Of a stretch of 64,000 nucleotides of DNA, positions 1-9,131 are shown piece by piece. Numbering within the stretch: the first letter of the stretch is position 1; the number at the start of each line of letters is the position of its first letter. Source of the DNA: Planctomycetia bacterium. Its GTDB lineage: Bacteria > Planctomycetota > GCA-002687715. The notes beneath the pieces were generated by a model. The model ran no database searches. It saw nothing but the letters and a program-made list of their open reading frames with translations, and was not told the origin of the DNA. Location: contig SXUL01000036.1 of the NCBI GenBank assembly GCA_005790545.1, positions 6,534-70,533 on the forward strand, in the 5' to 3' direction. The position numbers and the translations under genes were made by a program.

Positions 1-573
1 CCACGTGCGGTCGAGGCGGGAGTTCAACTCCTCCACCACGGCCTCGCGGCTGTCTTCGGGGATGAGCTTCAACGGCTCCTCATTCATGGGGCTCGGCAAT
101 TCCGTGCCATCCTCGAGAACCCACGAGAAGGTGTAGAGCGCGCCTTCATCGGTGCGGCTCCAGCGTTCGAGCCCGCGCTTCAGCAGCCGCACGATGGTGC
201 TCTTTGCGGAGCCCACGGGGCCGTGCAGAAGAATGATGCGCCGCTCGGGGCCGTAGCCGTGAGCCGCCGCCTTGATGGTGTCCGCGAGACGCATGAGCGG
301 CTGGTCGAGGCCGAAGATGGAATCCCGGCCGCCGCCCTCCGGATCGGAGAAGAAGCGGTAGCGCACCCTGCGCTCCTTTTGCTCCGTGTATTCGTCGAAT
401 CCGAAGGACATGAGCATGTCGTAGATGCGCTGAAAGGCGTTGCGCGCGACCCACGGACGGTCATGCACGAGTTCCAGATAGTCACGGAAGCTGCCTTCCC
501 AATTGAGGCTGCGCCATGCGCGCCGATCCACACCGCGTCCGGCCTTCTCAAGGAGCTTGTCAGCGTTGCCCAT
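1..573 (-). CDS. prkA: PrkA/YeaG-family serine protein kinase (AAA+), N-terminal part; runs off the window start
   Basis: Not in the ORF track because it is partial. Manual translation from ATG at 573: MGNADKLL...[13 protein letters not shown]...[12 protein letters not shown]...RYRFFSD...[11 protein letters not shown]...[27 protein letters not shown], a PrkA N-terminus with Walker A. Overlaps the rluD 3' end by 14 nt. Confidence 0.9.
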   Translation of the reverse strand, partial: MGNADKLLEKAGRGVDRRAWRSLNWEGSFRDYLELVHDRPWVARNAFQRIYDMLMSFGFDEYTEQKERRVRYRFFSDPEGGGRDSIFGLDQPLMRLADTIKAAAHGYGPERRIILLHGPVGSAKSTIVRLLKRGLERWSRTDEGALYTFSWVLEDGTELPSPMNEEPLKLIPEDSREAVVEELNSRLDRTW

Positions 574-1564
574 GTTCAGTCCTTTCCACAGCCTCGCGAG
601 CGTTGCCGAGGAGATCGAGTGCGGTCTTGAAGTCCGATGGCAGCGGGGCCATGAACTCGCGCAACCGTCCGTCAAAGGGATGTACGAATGAGAGTCGCGC
701 CGCGTGCAGTGCCTGGCGCGCCAACACCACTCCGGTGCCCATGCCACCAAGATCACGATGGAGCAGCGCAGCGCGGCGACCGTAGGTCCCATCGCAGGCG
801 ATCGGATGCCCGAGGCTCGCGAGGTGCACCCTGATCTGGTGCGTGCGTCCGGTGCGCGGTCTGCAACGCAGCAGGGTGAAGCCGGGGAAGCGTTCGAGCA
901 CTTCCCAGCGGGTCTCCGCTGGTTTGCCTTCTTCGCGGTCCACCACCACGCGCTCGCGATCGCGCCGGCTGCGCGCGAGCGGGAGGTCGATTTTCCCGCC
1001 GTCTGTATCCACGCGCCCCTCGACGAGAGCGAGATATTCCTTGGCGGTGGTGCGGGCCTGGAACTGCGCCGCGATGGCGTAGTGCGCGCGATTCGTGCGC
1101 GCCACCACCATCACGCCACTGGTGTCCTTGTCGAGACGATGCACGATGCCCAGGCGCTCAGGCCCGCCGGCGTCGGAGAGTTCGTCAAAACGAAAGGCGA
1201 GTGCGTTGGCCAGCGTGCCGTCGTGCTGACCGCTGCCGGGATGCACGGTCAAGCCGGCAGGCTTGTCGATCACGATGATGGATGCGTCCTCGTGGATCAC
1301 ACGGAACGGGAGGTCCTGCTTCGCCAGCCCCTCCACCGCGGCAGGTCTCACGACGCGCGCCTCAACGTCATCACCTTCCGCGAGCTTGAGGGCCGGCTTG
1401 GCCAAGGCACCGTTCACATGCACGCAGCCACGCGTGATGAGTTCCTTCGCGGCAGTGCGGCTGGTGCCTTCGAGATGTCCGTGCAAGACGACATCAAGCC
1501 GCAGCCCGGCCTCGTCCGCCCCGGCTCGAAAGTTGAGAAGTCGTTCGCGCTCTTCCCCGGGCAT
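560..1564 (-). CDS. rluD: RluA/RluD-family 23S rRNA pseudouridine synthase
   Basis: S4 domain (RLDVVL), KPAGLTVHP, catalytic [24 protein letters not shown]. Start trimmed to ATG at 1564. Confidence 0.92.
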   Translation of the reverse strand: MPGEERERLLNFRAGADEAGLRLDVVLHGHLEGTSRTAAKELITRGCVHVNGALAKPALKLAEGDDVEARVVRPAAVEGLAKQDLPFRVIHEDASIIVIDKPAGLTVHPGSGQHDGTLANALAFRFDELSDAGGPERLGIVHRLDKDTSGVMVVARTNRAHYAIAAQFQARTTAKEYLALVEGRVDTDGGKIDLPLARSRRDRERVVVDREEGKPAETRWEVLERFPGFTLLRCRPRTGRTHQIRVHLASLGHPIACDGTYGRRAALLHRDLGGMGTGVVLARQALHAARLSFVHPFDGRLREFMAPLPSDFKTALDLLGNAREAVERTEHGQR

Positions 1565-1787
1565 CCCTCGAATTCCTCGGGCCACGGGCCTCACGGCATC
1601 CGCCACCCTGTGCAACCAGTTGCTGATCCTACCTTTGCATGCGCGGGCGCCAGCAAAGGCACTTCCAACTCACCCTTTCGGCCACCAGCGCTGCATCGCT
1701 TCGAACAATCCTGCGGCGCGTGAGTGGAAGTGCTTGCCTGCGTGCGCTGTGTCCAATAAAACGACACCGCCCGTGCGATCACGGGCG

Positions 1788-1985
1788 CCCCGAAGGGCGT
1801 TCTCTTGCAGCCGCAAGGCTCGGAAGAGAGCCACGGCAGCGATGCCGTGGGGGAAGATGGTGCAAGACCATCGCGGACCCGCCACTGTGAGTGGGGACGA
1901 AAGTCGCAAGACCACTGCGTGTCATGCACGCGGGAAGGTGCGGCGAGTAGGCCGATCCACGAGCCAGGATATCCGCCCATCGGGG
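1788..1985 (+). promoter_or_regulatory. Cobalamin (B12) riboswitch
   Basis: P1 CCCCGAAGGGCG (1788-1799) pairs with CGCCCATCGGGG (1974-1985). Conserved elements in order: GGGAA-GATGGTGCAAGACCATC, CCCGCCACTGT, ACCACTG...GGGAAGG, and B12 box GAGCCAGGATATCCGCC. Confidence 0.9.
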
Positions 1986-2098
1986 ATCAACTTCCCGGGA
2001 CTCTCGAGGTCGGAGTCCCAGCGCCAAGCGCGCATGCGGAAGCTTCACGTCCCGGCCTCATGCTTCAGGCCGGCGCGGTCCGGCATGGAGGGTTTCCT

Positions 2099-3562
2099 GT
2101 GCTGAAGACTTGTCTCTGTATCGTTTTGGTGGCTCTTTCCGCGCTGCATGCGCAGGTGCTCGATGGCACCGTGATGGTGAGTGACAGCAATGCCGGGAGT
2201 GCTGACAAGACATTCGGTCTTCTGCTGGATGCGCCGAGTGCGAAGCTCTACGTGACGCTTTGCGGCTCACTGGCACCTTGGACAGCTCCGCCGTCCAGTT
2301 GGGGTGGATGGAACAACGATGACCTCGCGCGCATCGACCTCGCCACCTTCACGCAGGATGGTGTCGCACCTGTGGGGCTCTTCCCTGAGGACATCGCCAT
2401 TTCGCGACATGCCAACGGTGCTGCGCGCCATCTCTGGGTGAGCAACAGCACGGACGGCACAGTGACGCGCCTGAACCCGGACCTCAGCGGTGCGGTGACG
2501 ATCATGCTCACGCCCTGCTGGGGCGCAAATCTCGCAAGCGTCTATCCCTTCGGCATCATCGCTTCCGAGGATGGCTCTCGCGTCTACGTCTCGGGCACCT
2601 CCTGCGGCAATCTCGATGTCATTGATGCCGATCCCGCGAGCCCGAACTTCAGCGCCATCCTCAGCACCATTGCCGTGCCGGACATGTTCGGTCGGCCAGC
2701 TTGGGTGAACGCGACAACTCTCGCGATCCCCTTCACCACCTACAACTTCGATCCCGTTGTCGGCTACGCCACCTCATCCATCACAGGCATCAAGGTGCTC
2801 AATGTGACGACGGGGATCATCACGGGCACCATCACCACCGGTCCTGCGCTCACGTGGGCCTACCCGAGCATCACCGACATCGTGAAGACGCCTGCTGGCA
2901 AGCTCATCGGCGCCGTGGGCTACGGCAGCGCGCCGGAGATCGTGGAATTCGACCCCGTCACCATGAGCCTCAGCCGCACCAGCTTCCTGCCTCCCCTCAC
3001 CGTGGGCCTCGGCCTCCACGGCGTCACACTGGATCCACTCGGAAAGACCCTCGCCGTGACAGACATGCTCGGGCATCAGGTGCTCTTCGTCGACGTGGCG
3101 ACACTCTCGCTCCTCGGAAGCGCCATGACCGGCGTGCTCTCCCAGCCGAATGAAGTCCAGTACGCGCCAGATGGCAGCCGTCTCTATGTGAGTCTGCAGG
3201 GGCAGCCTGCCGTGCAGAAGTGGCGCGCGCTTCCCGGCCACGACCTCACGCTTTCGGCGCCTCCGTTCACCAGCACCGGGCAACCCGCGAACCTCACCCT
3301 CTCAAATCTCGAGGCCGGGAACGCTGGTTACATCTTCATGAGCCTTGGAGAAGGCCCCACCAACGTGGGCGTCGCCACCATCGCGCTCTCGTGGCCCTTC
3401 GACCTCTTCCTCGCGCTCAGCGCTGACAGCGTCGGCCATGTCGAGTCTGCGCTGGTCGTTCCGGCGGGCCTTTCGGGGCTGACATTCCATTTCCAGGCCG
3501 CCACCATCGATGCGGACGGCGCTCTCCGGATCTCGAACCCGGCCCAAGTCACCGTGCTCTGA
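2099..3562 (+). CDS. Secreted YncE/YVTN-like beta-propeller protein with C-terminal beta-sandwich domain; candidate cobamide-binding protein
   Basis: GTG start at 2099 preceded by GGAGG; signal peptide LKTCLCIVLVALSALHA-Q; propeller-type blades (VGLFPEDIAIS, DGSRVYVS, PNEVQYAPDGSRLYVS); C-terminal GLTFHFQAATID...ISN. Lies downstream of the B12 riboswitch. Confidence 0.8.
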   Translation: MLKTCLCIVLVALSALHAQVLDGTVMVSDSNAGSADKTFGLLLDAPSAKLYVTLCGSLAPWTAPPSSWGGWNNDDLARIDLATFTQDGVAPVGLFPEDIAISRHANGAARHLWVSNSTDGTVTRLNPDLSGAVTIMLTPCWGANLASVYPFGIIASEDGSRVYVSGTSCGNLDVIDADPASPNFSAILSTIAVPDMFGRPAWVNATTLAIPFTTYNFDPVVGYATSSITGIKVLNVTTGIITGTITTGPALTWAYPSITDIVKTPAGKLIGAVGYGSAPEIVEFDPVTMSLSRTSFLPPLTVGLGLHGVTLDPLGKTLAVTDMLGHQVLFVDVATLSLLGSAMTGVLSQPNEVQYAPDGSRLYVSLQGQPAVQKWRALPGHDLTLSAPPFTSTGQPANLTLSNLEAGNAGYIFMSLGEGPTNVGVATIALSWPFDLFLALSADSVGHVESALVVPAGLSGLTFHFQAATIDADGALRISNPAQVTVL

Positions 3563-3579
3563 GGGCTTGCACTTGCACG

Positions 3580-3604
3580 CCTCCCGCGGGCTCGCCGCGG
3601 GAGG
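3580..3604 (+). terminator. GC-rich hairpin after the propeller gene (possible terminator or 3' stabiliser)
   Basis: CCTCCCGCGG...CCGCGGGAGG inverted repeat; no U-tract. Confidence 0.35.
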
Positions 3605-3611
3605 ACTGCCA

Positions 3612-3641
3612 TTGGCCCGGGCTGGACTCGGGCCGTACAAT
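3612..3641 (+). promoter_or_regulatory. Putative sigma70 promoter for the FGE-domain gene
   Basis: TTGGCC-N18-TACAAT. Confidence 0.5.
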
Positions 3642-3871
3642 AGGGGCCTACAAGACTTCCCAGGCCTCATGGTCGGTGAGGCCCGGGACCCGACAGCGCT
3701 CGCCGTAGATGTGTCCAAGACGGCAGCGCGGGTTCCTGTTCGTTCCGCGTCCCCCCTGACGTGGTCCGAAGGGTCAGACCACGTCGGGGCCAGTCGGTCC
3801 TGCGTGCGCGTTGATGAAACCACTGCGCCCATCCCGAGGGACGCCGTGGGACTGCTGACTGGAGTTTCCGC

Positions 3872-6010
3872 GTGATCAAGGCCGCTGCATGGTGCATGTG
3901 GTTGATGGCAGGGTTGTTGCTTCTGCCTTCGCCCTTCGTCTGCGCTCAGGATTCCTCCGACCGCGCGAAGCTCCGGAAGGAAATGGACACGCTCGATGCG
4001 CAGGTCCGTCAGGAAACGGAACGCATCCAGAAGCGCAAGAAGGAAGTGGAATCCGAGTGGCAGCGCCTCAACGCTGCGGATGTGCGCGCGCGCCTGGCCG
4101 AGAAGTTGCCGCAACTTCTCGGAGCCCAGCAGGAAGGCCTGCGTGGCGCGAATGCCGCTGAATGTCGGGCCGCGATCCGCAAAGAGATCTTCGCCCTCCT
4201 CAAGGAACATGTGGGCCTCACGCTTGCGGGAGTTCTCGATGAAGACCTTGTGAACAACCTCTGCGACCGCTGGCTAGACAGCGGCAAAGTGGACAGCGCC
4301 AAGGTGCTGGCCATGACGGTGACTGATGCTCTCGGCGAAGATGGGTTCGACGCTGCCTTCGAGGAAGTGATCAAGCCTGCCATCGCCCGTTCGGGTCTGC
4401 AGTTGTTCAAGCGCCGTGAAGAACTCGCGCAGCGCATCGCGACGATGGATGAAGCGGAAGCTGCGCGAAAAGCTGGCGTGTTGCCGGGCATGTTGCCAGT
4501 GCCCGCAGGCACGTACCAGATCGGCATCAGCGAAGCGGAGTTGAAGAAACTCGCCGAGCGCATGAAATACGGCCAGAACCTCGACTCGCTCATCCTGCAG
4601 TGGCGCTCGACGGAAGCGCATCAGGTGAAGCTCGATCCCTTCTTCATGGACCGCCATGAAGTCACCTGCGCATGGTGGCTCGCGTACCTCGCTGAAAATC
4701 CGAAGGCCGCGGTCCCCATGAACTGGACTGGCGGCAAGATGCCCGAGGGCTGGGAACAACGCCCTGTCACAGGCATCACCTTCGACGATGCCGAAGCCTT
4801 CGCGCACTGGTGCGGCCGACGCATCCCGACGGAATTCGAGTGGGAGGCCGCCGCACGCTGGACCAAGGATCCGGCGAAGGACCCGCGCTTCTGGCCTTGG
4901 GGTGAGTGGGATCGCGAACTGCGGTGCAACTATGACGGCGCTTCCAACCACGCAGGCCGCCGCTCCACGCCTCCGAACCTCCCGCCGATGCTGCCCGTCG
5001 GCACCTTCCCCGGCGGCAGTTCGGTACTTGGATTCGCAGACCTCGCAGGCAACGCCTACGAGATGACTTCGTCGCCATTCGAGGCCTACAAGGGCTTCAA
5101 GGGCACGACGATCAATCGACGCCGCGTATCTGCCGCGGACTTCAATCAAGACGAGATCTCGCTGCGTGGCGGCGATTGCGGCAAGCGCGACTTCATCGTG
5201 AGCACCTTCTCACGCCTCGGGTTCCCGAGAAACCAGAAGGCCATGTGGGTCGGGTTCCGGACCGCTGCATCCGCCCTCCGCGGCAAGGACACCGTGGACT
5301 GGCTGACGCAAAAGGGCGCCATGAAGAGTTGGTTGGTGGACTACGCGCCGCTGCCATCGGACACGATGGCGCACCGCAACCACGCGGAACTCGACACCAA
5401 CAACGGCATGGCCATTGGCGCGCTCACAAAGGGTGGCTGGAACGAATCCATCGGCGCACCGACCAAGGCGGAGTCCATCGCCATCGTGAATCGCATGACC
5501 CACGAGTTCCGCGACTTCGCCACGCTGAAGCAGTTCGCGCAGGGCGAGAAGTCGCGGCGCGTGATGCTGGGCTTCCTGCACACAGATCTCGACATCGTGC
5601 AGCCACCGTTGCCTGCGGGTGACTACTTCATCCACTGGCAGGCGATGGCCACGGTTGAAAACGGTCCGGAATCCATCAACGAAGCAACGGAGCGTCTGAA
5701 ATCGGGAGCAGAGCTTGCTCCGAATCGCAGTGTGCGTCTGCCGGATTGTTTCGTCTTCGAGCGCCGCGGCGCATCGAAGCCGTACTCGATCTATACCGAG
5801 TCCTTCGTGCCCCCGGTCGTGGCAGACTCGCAAGGCACGCGCGTGCTCTCGCAGCCCGCGAAAGACCTGGTGGAACTCGTCTACTCCTTCGCCGTGAAGG
5901 GACAGCCGAAGCTTTCATTCACTGTCACCTTCCCCATGAAGACGCGGCCTGCCGAAAAGGACCAGTCCGGCAACGTCACACGCGCATCTGACGCCGCCGC
6001 CCTCAAGTAA
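3872..6010 (+). CDS. Secreted SUMF1/FGE-sulfatase-domain protein with N-terminal coiled coil
   Basis: Signal peptide; FGE-fold motifs FFMDRHEVT, PVTGITFDDAEAFAHW, RIPTEFEWEAAAR, DLAGNAYE, GFRTA. The FGE catalytic Cys pair is not evident. Confidence 0.85.
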   Translation: MIKAAAWCMWLMAGLLLLPSPFVCAQDSSDRAKLRKEMDTLDAQVRQETERIQKRKKEVESEWQRLNAADVRARLAEKLPQLLGAQQEGLRGANAAECRAAIRKEIFALLKEHVGLTLAGVLDEDLVNNLCDRWLDSGKVDSAKVLAMTVTDALGEDGFDAAFEEVIKPAIARSGLQLFKRREELAQRIATMDEAEAARKAGVLPGMLPVPAGTYQIGISEAELKKLAERMKYGQNLDSLILQWRSTEAHQVKLDPFFMDRHEVTCAWWLAYLAENPKAAVPMNWTGGKMPEGWEQRPVTGITFDDAEAFAHWCGRRIPTEFEWEAAARWTKDPAKDPRFWPWGEWDRELRCNYDGASNHAGRRSTPPNLPPMLPVGTFPGGSSVLGFADLAGNAYEMTSSPFEAYKGFKGTTINRRRVSAADFNQDEISLRGGDCGKRDFIVSTFSRLGFPRNQKAMWVGFRTAASALRGKDTVDWLTQKGAMKSWLVDYAPLPSDTMAHRNHAELDTNNGMAIGALTKGGWNESIGAPTKAESIAIVNRMTHEFRDFATLKQFAQGEKSRRVMLGFLHTDLDIVQPPLPAGDYFIHWQAMATVENGPESINEATERLKSGAELAPNRSVRLPDCFVFERRGASKPYSIYTESFVPPVVADSQGTRVLSQPAKDLVELVYSFAVKGQPKLSFTVTFPMKTRPAEKDQSGNVTRASDAAALK

Positions 6011-6166
6011 TCCCCACCCCAGCGGACTTGCTCGCGGACGCAGATGACGAGCTCAAGCGTGCTCCGCGCATGGGGTGATCCAGCTTCGCAGAGCCGCTTG
6101 GATGCACTCGAAGGCTCTGCTCAGCGGGACCCCACTCACGGCGCAGGCGGCACCCGCGCGCGGGGG

Positions 6167-9082
6167 TCACTTGGCGGATTCGGGCAGACGGCGCAGTGCG
6201 AGGTCGAGGGATCCAGGTCCGCCCGTATTGAGGGCGTGCACGGCGATCAGGTTGGGGCCGACTTTCAGACTGGCGGCCGCTTCGGCACTCAGATCAACGC
6301 CAACGTAGTTGCCGCCAGTGAAGCTGACCTCCGCAGCGAGCAGCCCATTCACGTAGATGAATGCGCTGTCGTCCGCGAGCACTTCGAGCCGCCAACGTCC
6401 CGGCTGAATCGACCCGAGGGTGACGGTCTTGCGCACCCAGAGCTCAGTTGCAGACCAGGCAGTGCGCCCGGCCACGCGCCCGGCCGGGAGCTCGCCGAAG
6501 GGAGCGAGGCCTTCCTTCCAAGTCATGTCCTTGAAGGTGGGCGCTTCCCAGCCCCCGCCGGGATCAGTGATCGTCCAGCGCCAGAGCACTTTCGCTTGAT
6601 CCCGTCCCGCCGGCAGGATCACATCGAAGACCTCCTGCGCCACTGCGGAGGCATCCTCAGGGTGGGGCGCAGTGAACAATTCGACTTCCTGCCAGCCGGT
6701 TGGCCGCTGTGAACCGCCGTATGTGCTGAGAATGGTGAGCTTCAGCGTGCGCACGAGGGTCTTCGGGAATGTGATGGCGTGCTTCCGCTCGACATCATCC
6801 GCGAGTTCGACGAGGAGCGGCGCGTCGTTGTTGATTTTCAGTTGCACGCTCCGTGGGCGTGAATACTCTCCGGGCCCACCCGCGTAGCTCCGTGGCAATC
6901 CGAGCTTCAGGACAGAGCTCTGCGCCGGACGCGAGAGGCGCAGAGTGAGGGTCGGCTGGGCATCCGTTGCGTCGCACAGCCAGGCAGTAGTCTGCCGGCC
7001 GTCGAGGGCTCGCTGCGCGTGGTGGCCAGGGCGTTCGGAACTCGCTGCGACGGTCACCTGTTGCCCGCGAAGGAGACTCCCCCTCGCATCACGCTGCGCC
7101 TCGCCGTGCCGCTTGAGCGGTGCACCATCCACGGTGAGCGACAGTTCCGCGGACGCCTCCGGGCGGGCCGCGCCGGACACGCCTTCGAATTCCAGCACAG
7201 CCTTGACCTTGAAGTGGCCGTTTCGTTCAGTGGACCAGCGGGTGCTGAATGCGTCCGCGCGCACATCGGAAATCGTCGGCTTCACGAACGCCACTTCGGA
7301 GCCGTCCACGAACCAACGCACGCCGGAGACCACTTCTCCTTGTGCCACACGCTCCGCCACACCAGCGCTGACAGCACGCACCCACATGGCCGGCGGCCAA
7401 TCCGCACTCGCGCTGATCTGGATCGCTCCCGCCGCCCCGGCGTTGGACCCACTGCGTGGCGCGGGCTGCGTAGTGCCGCTGCCGCGCCGGAGAAACAGCA
7501 GCGCAAAGCACGTGTCGGAATCCTGATCCGAGTAACCACCGATGTTCCAGTGCCCATCACCGTTCTGACGGCGCAGGATCTCGGCGGCTCCCTCCTGGTA
7601 CCAGTCGTGATCGCCGATGAGACGCTCCCCGGAGAGCGAGCCCACACGCTCCAGCCCGTAGAGCCAGTAGAAAATCCAGCGGTCAGAATTCTTGCTTGGG
7701 TCGAACTTACCCTCGATGTTCTGCTGAACAGACCACTGTTCCTTCAGCCAACCCATGCCGCGCTTCGCGCCAGCGCGCGCACGCACCACCTGCGGATCCT
7801 CAACCTTCGTGAGTTCTGCAAGCTCATGCGCAGCAATCAAGAGACAACCGCTGCCAGCAGCAGTCATGCTGGCAGTGGCCTTGGCACCCTTCGAATACCC
7901 GAAGCCTCCGTAGCTCTCCTGCCGATCCGTGAGCCACTCGATGACAGTGGCCCAGACACTCTGCGGCACGCTCTCGCCGGCCTTCACCGCAGCGCGCAGC
8001 CCGAGCAATGCGTACTGCGTGTTCGAAAGATCGGCGTGAATGGCCGCCGGATTACCGTGGCTGCCCGGGTAGCCCCACTCGCCAGGTGCCACTCCGGGGC
8101 CGCCGCCCATGCTGCGCACGAGGCTGCTGGCAAGCGTTGCAGTCAGCGCTCGCAACTCGGGTTCTCCGTATTCCGCGAGAGCCATGAGCACGCAACCGAT
8201 GTCGTAAGTGCGCGTCGGTTTCTCCTTCGCGAGCCATGCCATCGCGCTCTGGATCGCGGGATGTTCGCGCGGCAATCCGCATTTCAGCAGCGTATAGACC
8301 GCAAGGCCCGTCATTCCTGCGCGATAGGTATCCGCATCCGGGCCCAACCACGAACCGTCGAGGCCCTGATGCTCGAGCATCCATGCGACGCCTGCCCCAA
8401 TCGCTGCATCCACGCCGGCCGCTGAGACCGTCGGAGGTTTCGGCAGAAGCTTGGCCGGGTCTGTGGCATTGGTGACACACCAGCGAAAGCAGCCAATTGC
8501 ATGACCGCTCCAGCCGGAATCAAAGTGCATCCTCAGACGCAATGTCCCGCCACCCTTCACTCCCACAGGCTGTGCAGGCACGAGATAGAGATGACGGTCC
8601 CGGTGGGCCGCTGAGCCATCAAGCACCCAGCCGGTTTTCGTGCCCCTCACCCCGTCGATGACGCGATGATGACCGTCGGGCTGTGATCCGTGCCAGCGCG
8701 CCTCATCCGAATCGACCAGTTTGAAGGCCACTGGCGAGAATTTCTTCGACACTCCCGGAGCGAAGAAGGCCTCCAGTTCCGTGAGCACCGCATGTCCGTT
8801 GTCGGCCCGACCGGGTCCCTTGTGCGGCAACGACTCATGCGCAAGGGCCTCGAGACGCAAGGCGGTCACGCCGCCTTCAAGCGCGAGAGCGAGGCTGACC
8901 TCGTAAATGCTCGCGTCCGGACGCGGACCGCTGACAAGCACTTCGCCCGCCGCCGAGACCGCGAACACTTCACCACCCGCCGAGGTGACGCTGGGCGTGA
9001 TCCGCGTCCAGCCTGCGTCCTGCGCACGCAGTGTGAGCGACAACACGAACAGGGTGAGAGGGACCAGCTTGCCGGGGTGCAT
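6167..9082 (-). CDS. Secreted multidomain protein: prenyltransferase/squalene-oxidase-repeat (alpha/alpha toroid) core flanked by beta-sandwich (discoidin/galactose-binding-like) domains
   Basis: Signal peptide; QW-type repeats (WMLEHQGLDGSW, RQESYGGFGY, RQNGDGHW); DLSNTQYALLGL; YWLYGLERVG; discoidin-like ALDGRQTTAW; C-terminal ADDSAFIYVNG...LKVGPNLIAV. Confidence 0.75.
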   Translation of the reverse strand: MHPGKLVPLTLFVLSLTLRAQDAGWTRITPSVTSAGGEVFAVSAAGEVLVSGPRPDASIYEVSLALALEGGVTALRLEALAHESLPHKGPGRADNGHAVLTELEAFFAPGVSKKFSPVAFKLVDSDEARWHGSQPDGHHRVIDGVRGTKTGWVLDGSAAHRDRHLYLVPAQPVGVKGGGTLRLRMHFDSGWSGHAIGCFRWCVTNATDPAKLLPKPPTVSAAGVDAAIGAGVAWMLEHQGLDGSWLGPDADTYRAGMTGLAVYTLLKCGLPREHPAIQSAMAWLAKEKPTRTYDIGCVLMALAEYGEPELRALTATLASSLVRSMGGGPGVAPGEWGYPGSHGNPAAIHADLSNTQYALLGLRAAVKAGESVPQSVWATVIEWLTDRQESYGGFGYSKGAKATASMTAAGSGCLLIAAHELAELTKVEDPQVVRARAGAKRGMGWLKEQWSVQQNIEGKFDPSKNSDRWIFYWLYGLERVGSLSGERLIGDHDWYQEGAAEILRRQNGDGHWNIGGYSDQDSDTCFALLFLRRGSGTTQPAPRSGSNAGAAGAIQISASADWPPAMWVRAVSAGVAERVAQGEVVSGVRWFVDGSEVAFVKPTISDVRADAFSTRWSTERNGHFKVKAVLEFEGVSGAARPEASAELSLTVDGAPLKRHGEAQRDARGSLLRGQQVTVAASSERPGHHAQRALDGRQTTAWLCDATDAQPTLTLRLSRPAQSSVLKLGLPRSYAGGPGEYSRPRSVQLKINNDAPLLVELADDVERKHAITFPKTLVRTLKLTILSTYGGSQRPTGWQEVELFTAPHPEDASAVAQEVFDVILPAGRDQAKVLWRWTITDPGGGWEAPTFKDMTWKEGLAPFGELPAGRVAGRTAWSATELWVRKTVTLGSIQPGRWRLEVLADDSAFIYVNGLLAAEVSFTGGNYVGVDLSAEAAASLKVGPNLIAVHALNTGGPGSLDLALRRLPESAK

Positions 9083-9131
9083 GGGTCTGCCGCAATGGCA
9101 CTCCCATGCTACACCGCGACCCGAACGCGCG

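Noticed and set aside
1805-2098. 98-aa N-terminal extension of the propeller ORF
   Set aside because: It overlaps the cobalamin riboswitch; SD plus GTG at 2099 gives a proper signal peptide.
3805-3830. TGATGA/GAAAC resembling a hammerhead ribozyme core
   Set aside because: No CUGAUGA-stem II-GAAA arrangement; the two motifs overlap.
6011-6166. Long imperfect hairpins between convergent genes, possible REP/MITE
   Set aside because: No second copy seen in the window; adequately explained as a terminator region.
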